Of a DNA stretch of 49,690 nucleotides, positions 34,317 through 43,958 are shown one piece after another. The stretch is from a virus (taxonomy: Duplodnaviria; Caudoviricetes), in the IMG/VR virus record IMGVR_UViG_3300027707_000027, positions 1 to 49,690 of that record; one strand, written 5' to 3'. Numbering within the stretch: the stretch's first letter is position 1; the number at the start of each line of letters is the position of its first letter. Below the pieces are notes generated by a model. The model did not search any database. It was given only the letters and a program-made list of their open reading frames with translations, and was not told the DNA's origin. The position numbers and the translations under genes were made by a program.

Positions 34317-35048
34317 ATGAGAAACATTGATGTCGAGTACATAGGTGACCCCAAAGCTGGGTTTTTGGTTTATAGAAACATACTTACCGAAGACCTTAGA
34401 ATTCCAGAACGCCTAGAAGCAACAATAGGCGACAGCACCACTCCTCCTTATTCGTGGATGCAGGCCCTTGTCGGTGATGGTCAAGTAATGAAGGATTACA
34501 GGGATTGCGTTGACTGCAAGATGAGCCCGGCACATTTTCAAAACTGTCCAGAGCAATACTCAGAACTCATCAACATATACAACGACACTGTCGTTGGATT
34601 GACTGCTTGCTTGCAAGATTACGAATCCAGGTACAACATACGTATGGACTTCATGGAAGCAATCAACTATGTCCGATACAACGAGGGTCAGCACTTCAAT
34701 GTTCACGCCGACCACGGTTTTTCATACGTCTGCACCGTGTCTTCAGTCATGTATCTCAACGATGATTACGACGGCGGCGAGCTTTGGTTTCCATACTTAG
34801 ATGTTACGTTTAAGCCTAAATACGGAGACATAGTTCTATTCCCCTCCACGTTTATCTATTCCCATGCTTCCAAACCTGTCACCAGGGGAACCAAGTACGC
34901 AGCTGTAACCATGTTTGACTACAACGACAGGTTCCACAAACAGTGGAAGGGCTACGGCAAGAACATAGACGGAACCGACGCTGAATACGGACCAGGAATC
35001 GTTAGCCCAACGGCTAATCAAGTTGAAAGATTTATATTTCAGAAATGA
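34317..35048 (+). CDS. Fe(II)/2OG oxygenase, prolyl 4-hydroxylase-like
   Basis: HAD...YLNDDYDGGELWFP...FPS...SHAS...GTKY; TATGAT-N6-ATG promoter. Confidence 0.9.
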   Translation: MRNIDVEYIGDPKAGFLVYRNILTEDLRIPERLEATIGDSTTPPYSWMQALVGDGQVMKDYRDCVDCKMSPAHFQNCPEQYSELINIYNDTVVGLTACLQDYESRYNIRMDFMEAINYVRYNEGQHFNVHADHGFSYVCTVSSVMYLNDDYDGGELWFPYLDVTFKPKYGDIVLFPSTFIYSHASKPVTRGTKYAAVTMFDYNDRFHKQWKGYGKNIDGTDAEYGPGIVSPTANQVERFIFQK

Positions 35049-35746
35049 CGAAATTATTTCTTAAACAGACACATCAGAGCCCACCACTCATACAACAGTC
35101 TAGGGTTAAGCGTGACTGGATGGACGCTACTTATAATAAACACGCCTATCAATGTCTCCCGATGACGGTGGCCAATGTGTATGGATGGGAGTTAATTCTC
35201 GAAGAGGACCTTGTTGTTCAATGGGATGGTGGGAATACTTCACCGACAATCATCTCTGGCGAGACGACTTCCTCTGGTCGGGTTCAGGCAATATCTTCGA
35301 TAATCGGAATGATTTCGATAAATATGGGCTGGGTCATAAATACAGAAGAGGGATACAACACCTGGATTTCTGGTTCGCCGAATTACTTCTTGGACGGAGC
35401 GGTTCCATTAACTGCAACAATTCCTAGTTATTGGTGGCCAGACGAATCCCAGATGAATTGGAAGATAACCAAAATTGGAGAGCCGGTAACATTTGCGGCG
35501 GGAACCCCCTTTTGCTTTTTTAATATCTACGACAACTCGATACTCGAGAATGTCGAGATTATTCAGTCGAATCTTTGGGCAGACCCAGACCTTGTTGCAT
35601 CTCGCATGAAATACGGGGAAATAAAAGCAAAAAATAATATTGAAAAGCCGTGGACGTGGACAAAAGGTATTCGTACAGGTCTTGACGCGGACGGTAAACA
35701 AATAGGACCCACATTCACTGGTCTGCCAAAACTGGCCAATCCATAG
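35045..35746 (+). CDS. DUF6065-like protein
   Basis: RDWMDAT...HAYQCLPMTVANVYGWE...SGSPNY...MNWKIT...F.AGTPFC. Confidence 0.7.
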   Translation: MTKLFLKQTHQSPPLIQQSRVKRDWMDATYNKHAYQCLPMTVANVYGWELILEEDLVVQWDGGNTSPTIISGETTSSGRVQAISSIIGMISINMGWVINTEEGYNTWISGSPNYFLDGAVPLTATIPSYWWPDESQMNWKITKIGEPVTFAAGTPFCFFNIYDNSILENVEIIQSNLWADPDLVASRMKYGEIKAKNNIEKPWTWTKGIRTGLDADGKQIGPTFTGLPKLANP

Positions 35747-35791
35747 TGTAAAATGTGTGTACTTGTCCAAAACTAGTACGACGGAGCAAAC

Positions 35792-36028
35792 ATGAAATTC
35801 GAGTCTTCATTTTCAACGCAAGAGAAGAAACTTATATATCAGCGCACGCTTAAGGACCTAGAGAGACAGCTCATGGAAAGACTTCTTCAAGAGGGATTTG
35901 ACCCAGAGACATTTGATGCTGCTACGTTTGTCCCAAGCAATGACAGTCATGGCATGATTCAGGGACATAGGTTTATTCTCGATTTCTTGGCAAAAATAGG
36001 AACTGTCAAATCAAGACTGGAAGAGTAG
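35792..36028 (+). CDS. Small helical hypothetical protein
   Basis: 78 aa with an SD (GGAG); LE..L...L...GFDP..FD motif. Confidence 0.65.
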   Translation: MKFESSFSTQEKKLIYQRTLKDLERQLMERLLQEGFDPETFDAATFVPSNDSHGMIQGHRFILDFLAKIGTVKSRLEE

Positions 36029-36037
36029 TATCTACTC

Positions 36038-36271
36038 ATGGCACTTTCGGCAGAACAATTAGCCAGCGCAAAAGCAGAGGCAATTCAAATTCTTGAGTAC
36101 TCAATCTATACTCTCGCTTTCACCCTCGGCATCCAAGACGAAGACCTCCAACCAGACATGGAGAACCCAATAGACATGTCATTGTCTCAGAATGGCGCTC
36201 TCGCTGCACAGTACGACGCATATGAATGTTTGAAACTGCAATTGGCGGCGCTGGTAAGACTACAGAGTTAG
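36038..36271 (+). CDS. Small helical hypothetical protein
   Basis: 77 aa; TAGTAT-N6-ATG promoter. Confidence 0.65.
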   Translation: MALSAEQLASAKAEAIQILEYSIYTLAFTLGIQDEDLQPDMENPIDMSLSQNGALAAQYDAYECLKLQLAALVRLQS

Positions 36272-36280
36272 TAGGTAATT

Positions 36281-36589
36281 ATGAAAATAGTTCCCGAAAT
36301 ACCCAGAACAATATCAATTATTGAAGAAGCTATAAATTCTGGGAGGTACGAAATTTGTCCGGACATTGATGCCGACTTCCCGAATATTCAAGAGCCTCAA
36401 GAAAATCCAAATAGAGACCAACAGGTAGCCAAATGGAATCCAAAGCTGATGTCGTATGAGATGCCAGATGGTGCTGCATTTTTTTGCGACCTACTCCAGT
36501 CAAATGACCCTCAAAAAAAATGGGACATAACAGAGCCTGGAGATTTTCACCAAAATGAAGAAGTGGAGAAGTTTCTAAATGAGGCATAG
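36281..36589 (+). CDS. Hypothetical acidic protein
   Basis: 102-aa ORF in a tightly packed + strand operon. Confidence 0.6.
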   Translation: MKIVPEIPRTISIIEEAINSGRYEICPDIDADFPNIQEPQENPNRDQQVAKWNPKLMSYEMPDGAAFFCDLLQSNDPQKKWDITEPGDFHQNEEVEKFLNEA

Positions 36590-36896
36590 AAGCGCTGGCG
36601 GAGAAAATCTCTATAACGCCGATGAAGAGATATCTTACAACGAAAAAACACTTGCAATGTTTGCGTATTTGTTAGATTTTGACCCAACAGATGTTGACTT
36701 AATGCCGATGGATGAGGCCATAGTTATGTTGAGAAGCATGTGGAGGTACAGCAGTGACCTCAGGGGTTCAGCAGAACCAACTTACACAAACAACGCAATA
36801 CCAAGATTCTTTTCAAAGAATAACGCCTTATTGACCGGCAGGCTAAGAACAGCCAGATGGAACTACACGTTAGCAAAGGCCGCAAAAAATGGATAA
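36579..36896 (+). CDS. Hypothetical protein
   Basis: 105 aa, with short overlaps to both neighbours. Confidence 0.6.
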   Translation: MRHRSAGGENLYNADEEISYNEKTLAMFAYLLDFDPTDVDLMPMDEAIVMLRSMWRYSSDLRGSAEPTYTNNAIPRFFSKNNALLTGRLRTARWNYTLAKAAKNG

Positions 36897-37638
36897 CAAA
36901 CAGATAAGAACAGCGATGGTCGGAAACTCGCTTGCAAAGCCAATGTGCGAAAATCAGTTTGGGGAAGAAAAATCTGCACGAGCATACTCGGAGAGATACG
37001 AAGCAATAGAAAAAATCTTTGACTGGAGGCAGTCTCTTAATTTGAATTTATCGATTGCCGCAAGGGGTGCCACAGAGGGTCTTTGGTATGTCGACCTAGG
37101 GCGCGATATGAATAACATGTGGGAAAGTATTATGTTAACAATGGTTGCCCCATACGAACTGCTTTTATCGGTAAAGCAACCAGGAAAAATTCTTTTTTTT
37201 GATGCAGACCAGTGTGCAGCACCATGGTTGTATAAGTCGAAATTTCCAGAGACTCAAACATGTTTTGTCAATAATCAGAGTCTGTTTAATTTTGAGCAAT
37301 TTATGCGCGACGGTACAGTGGAAGTTGATTACGATATCGATTACCATGTCGTCGATAGGTCCGAAATAGGACAGGGAGAAGCTAGTGGTTTTGATTTAAT
37401 TGCGATGCAGGCTTACCACGTGATATGGGACAATGAAAAATTACTACGTGATTGTGTCGACGCGCTGGCTCCGGGTGGCGTTTTGTTGTTAAATGTAGTA
37501 AATCAATCTGCAAAACTGTATCGAGACGATTACTGGTTCCACCCACACAACGAGGTTCATAAAATATTAAAGTCTTTAGATGGGGCATTATTCCACGAAA
37601 CTGGCCAATATGGGTATACAACATTCATAAAGAACTGA
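36889..37638 (+). CDS. Divergent class I methyltransferase-fold protein
   Basis: FDLIAM...CVDALAPGGVLLL C-terminal motifs; the glycine-rich motif I is not evident. Confidence 0.55.
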   Translation: MDNKQIRTAMVGNSLAKPMCENQFGEEKSARAYSERYEAIEKIFDWRQSLNLNLSIAARGATEGLWYVDLGRDMNNMWESIMLTMVAPYELLLSVKQPGKILFFDADQCAAPWLYKSKFPETQTCFVNNQSLFNFEQFMRDGTVEVDYDIDYHVVDRSEIGQGEASGFDLIAMQAYHVIWDNEKLLRDCVDALAPGGVLLLNVVNQSAKLYRDDYWFHPHNEVHKILKSLDGALFHETGQYGYTTFIKN

Positions 37639-37656
37639 ATCTGATAATATCGTGGC

Positions 37657-38328
37657 GTGAAACTCTGCGATGATTTTTTAGATACACAAACCTTAAATCA
37701 AGTTTGTTCTGAAGAGAAGTTTTTCCCTGGACTGATGCAGGGTGATTCCAGGATAGCAAGCGAGGTCAACTCGTATCACAATGAGCAAGCTAGCTGCTAT
37801 GCGCCGTACATGTTTTGGGATGGATGGTGGTCTTCGCCAGTTGACACTGTCAGAAAACAGGTAATTAAAAAAATATGGGAAAACAATCTACAAATTTCTA
37901 CCGAAGAAGTTTTAGGGTTTGAGTACTGGACTAGGACATTTGGGCCAGGTCAATTTCTTGGGCCGCATGTTGACGAGGACACCTTCCTATATCAAGATAC
38001 AAAGATTTACAACGGGCCAGAAATCGGCTGCGTCTATTACGGCCCGTCCGAAGAAAAAGTTGTTGGTGGATTTCTTGAACTATTTGAATCAAGGTTAATT
38101 TTTGGCGAAAAAGACGCGCTTGAATGGGAAAACCTCAAAGACAAACTGGACCCAATAGAGCTAAGGGAAAGAATTGCATTCAAAGAGAACAGATTGATAA
38201 TTTTTGATGCGGGAAGAGTCATCCATCAAACAAGTCCTTGTCTTTCTGGCATCAGGAACGTGATGGTAATTAATGTCTGGCTTAAGTCAAATCCTCCGGT
38301 TGACATGGCTAACTTTGTATATGAATGA
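37657..38328 (+). CDS. Fe(II)/2OG oxygenase
   Basis: FEYW, HVDED, GGFL, NRLIIFD...HQT...R...INVW; TAATAT-N6-GTG promoter. Confidence 0.85.
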   Translation: MKLCDDFLDTQTLNQVCSEEKFFPGLMQGDSRIASEVNSYHNEQASCYAPYMFWDGWWSSPVDTVRKQVIKKIWENNLQISTEEVLGFEYWTRTFGPGQFLGPHVDEDTFLYQDTKIYNGPEIGCVYYGPSEEKVVGGFLELFESRLIFGEKDALEWENLKDKLDPIELRERIAFKENRLIIFDAGRVIHQTSPCLSGIRNVMVINVWLKSNPPVDMANFVYE

Positions 38329-38938
38329 GAAGTTTGAAAGAGTAAATCTAATCAACCTGGATGTATTCAAAACTAGAATTGATTCAATAGATAACAAAAA
38401 ACTTTTAGAAGAAATAGAGTCTTCTAGCCTAGAAATACAAAATGGAGAATCAAATTCAATCTTGGATAGTGGGTCTAGCACCTACCATGCTAGCTACGAG
38501 GACAGAAAGCTTGATAAAACTCTTCCTGAATGTTCCATGCTTTCAATAGAGATAGAGGATGTCGTATCGCGCATAGTCGGTAAAAAAATGCTAATAACAG
38601 ACATATGGTCCTTGACCCTAAGTGCGGGGGAATCAGTATTTCCTCATAGCCACAAATCCAATACGCACATGCACCCGATGGATTACTACTCTGTTGCTTA
38701 TTATCCAAACGCTCCTGCTGGTGGCTCAAAATTGTTTTTTGAAGCCTCATGGTGCGGAACAATGGAAAATTTAATCTCAATTTCTCCAGAGTCAGGAATG
38801 CTGGTAATTTTTAATTCATACATACGCCACATGACCGACAGACACCGTGTAAGCGAGAACCGCGTAGTTGTTAGTGCAAATCTGAGCCCAGAATACCCAA
38901 ATACAGCGCCAGTTCCGGACTGGTCGGTGTACGGCTAG
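38321..38938 (+). CDS. Putative Fe(II)/2OG oxygenase (HxH type)
   Basis: W, PHSH, SVAYY, P..GMLVIFNSYIRH...RVVVSAN; start taken at ATG 38321. Confidence 0.85.
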   Translation: MNEKFERVNLINLDVFKTRIDSIDNKKLLEEIESSSLEIQNGESNSILDSGSSTYHASYEDRKLDKTLPECSMLSIEIEDVVSRIVGKKMLITDIWSLTLSAGESVFPHSHKSNTHMHPMDYYSVAYYPNAPAGGSKLFFEASWCGTMENLISISPESGMLVIFNSYIRHMTDRHRVSENRVVVSANLSPEYPNTAPVPDWSVYG

Positions 38939-38947
38939 TATAAATAT

Positions 38948-39808
38948 ATGGCTCTTGGTGTAAGAAGTTTAGGCGGTGGTGTAGTTGTTTTTGAGAACGC
39001 CATAGATGTTCCTCAAAAAGAGATAATCAGCATTATGGACGAACTTTCAGAAAAGTCATTGAGCGAACAATACGAGTACAAATACGACAATGATGGCAAT
39101 CTCCTTCATGCAGTGAATAAAAGCGGTTTTATTTACGAAATAGAGTCAATAGCAAAAAATCCAATCAGGGTTCAAGAGTTAAACCATAAATTCTTTTATG
39201 AGTGTGAAGAAACAATTTATAGTTGTTTATTGGAATACATAGAGATATTCCCAGCCGTCTTGCAGTGTTTGTGGTGGAAGAGCGAAGGGCACGCACTCAA
39301 GTACCCAACTGGCTCAAAACTCGGATTTCACTGCGACAATGATGTGAACTATCGATATGGACAACTTCCACCCTTCGAGCATGCCACCAGGAACGTGATA
39401 AGTGCCCTTGTGTATATAAACAACAACTGTGATGACTCAGATTGCGACGAGTTTTCCTTTACTGGAGGAGAAATGGTTATTCCGTATTTTGATATAACCA
39501 TAAAGCCAAAAAGCGGAACAGTGATTTTTATGCCAGCGAACTACCTCGGAGCGCATGAAATCATGGAAATAACATCCGGTTCTAGATACTCCTATCTTTC
39601 TTGGTTTGCCCAAGGCTCACCACAGCAGGAAAAGGGCGTTTCCCCACAATACCCAAAAAGTTCAGACGACAGGCCTATTGGCGGCCAGTGGTGGATGCCA
39701 ACACTTATTGCAGACTATGAGAAACACCTTATGAACAAGTACGGCGATGAGGGTAGAATACCTCCTGAAGCAACTCCATTCAAATCAAGAAAGAACGACC
39801 ATAAATGA
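38948..39808 (+). CDS. Fe(II)/2OG oxygenase (LGGGVVVF paralogue group)
   Basis: HCDND, FTGGE, PANYLGAHEI...GSRYSYLSWF. Confidence 0.9.
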   Translation: MALGVRSLGGGVVVFENAIDVPQKEIISIMDELSEKSLSEQYEYKYDNDGNLLHAVNKSGFIYEIESIAKNPIRVQELNHKFFYECEETIYSCLLEYIEIFPAVLQCLWWKSEGHALKYPTGSKLGFHCDNDVNYRYGQLPPFEHATRNVISALVYINNNCDDSDCDEFSFTGGEMVIPYFDITIKPKSGTVIFMPANYLGAHEIMEITSGSRYSYLSWFAQGSPQQEKGVSPQYPKSSDDRPIGGQWWMPTLIADYEKHLMNKYGDEGRIPPEATPFKSRKNDHK

Positions 39809-40716
39809 TTTTTAACGACTCAAAAGCAGAACATCTTGGTGGTGGTGTTGTCGTGTTTCGTAATGCGGTATCGGTTAACTGGGGTTTTGCAAACAGTATT
39901 TCTAAAGAAATTGTTGATAGGGAAATGAGCGAAATGTACACCCCTGCAATAAACCCAGACAATGGACAAGAAGAATACATAAACAGAAGTGGGTATTTCT
40001 TTTCGAAAAATGGAATAGACAAAATGCCAAAGAGGGGCTCGAGGGTTCATCAAGACACCAGGGCTGAAGTTGTTGAGTTATTTACATTCCTAGAAGATTC
40101 AAAAGATAAGTACTTGTTCAAATACATGCATATGTTTCCCTTGTCATATAAGAATATTTGGTGGAAAGTTAAGGGGCACTTGGTTAACTACTCGTCTGAT
40201 TGCGGTGGATACATCGGCGAACATAGTGACACCAGCGTTGACTATGTGTACGGTATCCCCCACCCGCCTCACCAGTTGGCTTCAAGGAATACTCTCTCCT
40301 GCATTGTATATTTTGGCACCTGTGTCGATGGCTTTGGCTCACGGGGTTTTGCCTATGAGGGATTTGGGCCAGGAGATTTTACTGGTGGCCGTCATAAATT
40401 TACATATCTTGATATTGAATACATTCCAATGCGTGGTGACATACTGATGTTCCCGTCGAACTATATTGCGGCACACGAGGTCACCCCTGTCAGGTCCGGG
40501 GATAGATTCACCTACTTGGGCTGGTATGCACATGGGACGCCAAACCCAGAGGTCAACGAAGAAGTCGAAGACCCAAATGTAAATCCAGAAAAAGCTGCAA
40601 TATCTTCAAATGTTTATATCCCGCATTTGAGGGAGAAATTTTTAGAATACCTAGATTCTGTTGCGGAAGACAAACATTCAAGTACGTATCGCCTTGTAAT
40701 GGGGGAACATGCATGA
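39805..40716 (+). CDS. Fe(II)/2OG oxygenase (LGGGVVVF paralogue group)
   Basis: HSD, FTGG, FPSNYIAAHEV...GDRFTYLGWY. Confidence 0.9.
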   Translation: MIFNDSKAEHLGGGVVVFRNAVSVNWGFANSISKEIVDREMSEMYTPAINPDNGQEEYINRSGYFFSKNGIDKMPKRGSRVHQDTRAEVVELFTFLEDSKDKYLFKYMHMFPLSYKNIWWKVKGHLVNYSSDCGGYIGEHSDTSVDYVYGIPHPPHQLASRNTLSCIVYFGTCVDGFGSRGFAYEGFGPGDFTGGRHKFTYLDIEYIPMRGDILMFPSNYIAAHEVTPVRSGDRFTYLGWYAHGTPNPEVNEEVEDPNVNPEKAAISSNVYIPHLREKFLEYLDSVAEDKHSSTYRLVMGEHA

Positions 40717-41441
40717 AACTAACGCATCTTGGGAGTGGGATAGTCTTGGTACGAAATTTAGTCGAAATTTCACACGATGACGTCAGTGAGATAAACCACA
40801 TATTTGACTCGACAACCCCACAGGGATATTCGGTTGTTGATGGAAAAACAATAAGCGATGGTGGTTACGAGTTCGACGAGATTGGTAGAAGTAAATCTCC
40901 GACCAGATATACGAATATTGGGGAATTTGACATAACCAAGAAGTTGCGGGAGTCAATGTATTCGGCGGTTGTTGAATACTGCAAAGTATTCCCGGTTGCT
41001 CTTGAGTGTATAACCGGGCAGACTGATGGTTACATGATTAGATATGGTCACGGAAGTGATATGGGTCCACACTCAGACTGCAATCTTCCGTACAAACCTG
41101 GAACCCTTGAGCCGATGACAAGTAGCCCTGCATTCAATACTCTTACAACCTCTATATTTCTTAACGACGGATACACCGGGGGAGAGGTAACTTTCAGGAT
41201 GTGGGGAATCACAGTTAAACCAGAAGCTGGAACCGCAATTATCTACCCATCAAATTTCATTGGCTGCCACGAAGTTGCGGAAGTCAGTGATGGAGAAAGG
41301 TGGGCTTTTCTTAGTTGGTTTTTTCACGGTAACGGACAGGAAGACAAAGAGGGCTCATATGAGTGGTCCCAGCAATTAAAGCAAAAAGTTGGACTTGGAA
41401 ATATTTTTCAGAAAAACATTCTAATAGGGGATGTTAGCTAA
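40713..41441 (+). CDS. Fe(II)/2OG oxygenase (LGGGVVVF paralogue group)
   Basis: HSD, LNDGYTGGE, YPSNFIGCHEV...GERWAFLSWF. Confidence 0.9.
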   Translation: MKLTHLGSGIVLVRNLVEISHDDVSEINHIFDSTTPQGYSVVDGKTISDGGYEFDEIGRSKSPTRYTNIGEFDITKKLRESMYSAVVEYCKVFPVALECITGQTDGYMIRYGHGSDMGPHSDCNLPYKPGTLEPMTSSPAFNTLTTSIFLNDGYTGGEVTFRMWGITVKPEAGTAIIYPSNFIGCHEVAEVSDGERWAFLSWFFHGNGQEDKEGSYEWSQQLKQKVGLGNIFQKNILIGDVS

Positions 41442-41979
41442 ACAATCTTTTAAACTTTGTCCGGTTGAGTGCTTTCGCCGAATCAGGACAAATGTGAACC
41501 TTCCAGATTCCATCAGAAAATATGGATTCTACAAGTTTCGTTGATTCTTGCTTGCCCGATAAATATAAGTCACGCTTATCTTCACCGCCCCCTTGGTCGT
41601 ACCCGGCAGGGAATCCTCGAAACAGTGCTTCAACAAAATCTATATTTGCGGAACCTGCCATTCCTCTCACCTCTCGTTCCGACTCTTCACCGTGGAGATT
41701 GTTTCCGTCAACATATATACCTTTGAAGCTATGTTTTGCTGCTTCGGTAATTGTTTCAATCCCAATGTTTAATCTGCCTATACAGAATAGAATGTCCGAA
41801 GCATCCAGGAGTTCGGCAAGTGAGCTATGCTCAACTGCCCTGGTAAGTGTTTTAGCGTTATCTAACGTCTGTTGCGAGCGACCGATTGATGTCCAGTGGA
41901 CTTCATTTCCGGAATTAATGACACTTCTTGATATTGTTAGACCCATTTTCCCCATAGATACAATTCCCACCCTGAGCAT
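41434..41979 (-). CDS. NAD(P)-binding Rossmann domain of the 6-phosphogluconate/3-hydroxyisobutyrate dehydrogenase family (no C-terminal domain)
   Basis: RVGIVSMGKMG..I, SDILF, YVDGN, LYLSG, SAKAL; ends at 181 aa. Confidence 0.7.
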   Translation of the reverse strand: MLRVGIVSMGKMGLTISRSVINSGNEVHWTSIGRSQQTLDNAKTLTRAVEHSSLAELLDASDILFCIGRLNIGIETITEAAKHSFKGIYVDGNNLHGEESEREVRGMAGSANIDFVEALFRGFPAGYDQGGGEDKRDLYLSGKQESTKLVESIFSDGIWKVHICPDSAKALNRTKFKRLFS

Positions 41980-41981
41980 GA

Positions 41982-42971
41982 CTATTTGGTCTTCTGGTTT
42001 GCCGGATTTATATATCCTTGTTCGCCCTCTAGGTTTCTGACGAGGTAATCAACATTGTTGGAATTCTCGTCCAGGTGAGAAAAGTTTGTCCTCAGATGGG
42101 AGCAATAAGCTTGATAGTCATCAAACACTGAATCAATCCAATGTGGAGCACACCAGTTTGAAACCTCTCCTGGCTCAACAACTTCTATTCTGACATTTGC
42201 ATCAGGGCTACCCTGAGAAAAAAACTCCAAATACGAATAACGAGTTCCGCCAGTAACCGTATTTACGCCATGTGAGGCAACATAATTTGTGGGGAAGATT
42301 ATTATGTCTCCCCGTTTGGCTTGATGAGATATACCCAGGTATGGGAAAAATAATTCACCGCCTGAATAGTTTGTTCCATCTAGCTCTTCCACCGAACCAA
42401 CGCAATCGTTAATATAAAGAAGTACTGCAACCGTCTGTCTTGCGCCAAGCTGACCATAGGGGATGTATCGCTGACCGCCAGTGGCCCTGTAGTTCGTATC
42501 ATTATCGTTGTGAAGGCCGAGATACTTCCCGGTGTCGTAACGGAGAATGTGTCCTCGGTTTCTCCACCAGATTGTTCCTGCGACAAGGGGGAACATGTCG
42601 ATATATCTAATTAGGGATTTATAAATAGAATCTTCCCAGTTTCTTACAATATCCACAACCTCTTGCTCTGTGTTGTCTTGAATTGGTTGAAGCACTCTTA
42701 CCGGTACGGCCTCCACCTGTTCCAGGGAGAACTTGTTCCCGTCCTCATTTTTTAAGTACACCACTCCGTTTATGTCTGTGTCGTACTTCCATCTCTGCTG
42801 ATGCGCAGCAAGGGCATTTTTATCAATCCATTTGGACATAAACTCCAAGTTGGTTTCCATGACATTGTGAAAAACAACCACCCCACCACCAAGGTTGGTA
42901 AAGTCCAATTTCCTGATTTCCTCCAGAACCTCTGGCGTCATTTCTGGTGTGTCAACCTCATACCTCTTCAA
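41982..42971 (-). CDS. Fe(II)/2OG oxygenase (LGGGVVVF paralogue group)
   Basis: HNDND, YSGGELFFP, FPTNYVASHGV...GTRYSYL. Confidence 0.9.
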   Translation of the reverse strand: MKRYEVDTPEMTPEVLEEIRKLDFTNLGGGVVVFHNVMETNLEFMSKWIDKNALAAHQQRWKYDTDINGVVYLKNEDGNKFSLEQVEAVPVRVLQPIQDNTEQEVVDIVRNWEDSIYKSLIRYIDMFPLVAGTIWWRNRGHILRYDTGKYLGLHNDNDTNYRATGGQRYIPYGQLGARQTVAVLLYINDCVGSVEELDGTNYSGGELFFPYLGISHQAKRGDIIIFPTNYVASHGVNTVTGGTRYSYLEFFSQGSPDANVRIEVVEPGEVSNWCAPHWIDSVFDDYQAYCSHLRTNFSHLDENSNNVDYLVRNLEGEQGYINPANQKTK

Positions 42972-43956
42972 TTGAATTCACCTTTTCCGCGATGTGCGTT
43001 TCTCCATACTGAGTGACGCATCTATTTTGAAAAACAGGATTCGCTCCTAATTCGAGGTCGGGAGTTGGGTGTGACCATATCGAAAATTCAGATTTACAAT
43101 AGCGCTCATAGTCATCGTAGATACTGTCAAACCAAACAGGTTCACACCATTGGATGCTTTCGATGGACTCCTTGATTCTGATATTTGCAGATTCGTCGGT
43201 TCCACCCTGACCAAAAAATGTTAGATACGCATACCTGGTTCCGCCCTCCATCTTGGTTACGCCATGGGCGCATATGTAGTTGGTTGGGAACATGATGATG
43301 TCTCCCTTTTGCGGCTTGTAATCAATCCCAAGATACGTGAACTTTAAGTGACCCCCGACGAACGTCTCTTCAGTTAGGTCGTCTTTGGAGTCAACGCAAT
43401 TATTGAAGTAGGCAAGTGCTCCGGCTGTTTGACGAAGTGCGACCTGGCCCCTAGGCATGTATCGAACACCTTCGGTCACTTTGTAGTTGGTGTCATTGTC
43501 CTGATGCCATCCAAGTATGCCTCCACCGTCATATCTGAGTATGTGTCCGCGTGTTCTCCACCATAGGCTTCCGACGATAAGTGGGAACATGTCAATATAT
43601 TTTATTAAACATTTATAAATGACGTTCTCGAGCTCTGTGAAGTATTGGGTGGCATATTCATCTGTCGACTCGATAACGGGCTCTAGCAGCCTCACAGGAG
43701 CGTTTGGGACGTCCTCTAGGCGATACCTGAAGCCGTCTTCGTTGATACCGTACTCAACCCCATCCTCGCCGGTTATGTATGTCCATCTGACCTTGTGCGC
43801 TTCGGCTGCACAGTTGTCAATATGTTGAAGGATTTTTTCCTCTACCTTGAATGCATTCTTGAAAACTACTATTCCGCTTCCGAGGTCCTCAAAAGCAAAT
43901 TCGGATATTTCCTTAAGTTCTTTTTCCCCGATTACTGGGGTGCCCGGCATTATCAC
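42958..43956 (-). CDS. Fe(II)/2OG oxygenase (LGGGVVVF paralogue group)
   Basis: HQDND, FVGG, FPTNYICAHGV...GTRYAYL. Confidence 0.9.
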   Translation of the reverse strand: MIMPGTPVIGEKELKEISEFAFEDLGSGIVVFKNAFKVEEKILQHIDNCAAEAHKVRWTYITGEDGVEYGINEDGFRYRLEDVPNAPVRLLEPVIESTDEYATQYFTELENVIYKCLIKYIDMFPLIVGSLWWRTRGHILRYDGGGILGWHQDNDTNYKVTEGVRYMPRGQVALRQTAGALAYFNNCVDSKDDLTEETFVGGHLKFTYLGIDYKPQKGDIIMFPTNYICAHGVTKMEGGTRYAYLTFFGQGGTDESANIRIKESIESIQWCEPVWFDSIYDDYERYCKSEFSIWSHPTPDLELGANPVFQNRCVTQYGETHIAEKVNSIEEV

Positions 43957-43958
43957 GA

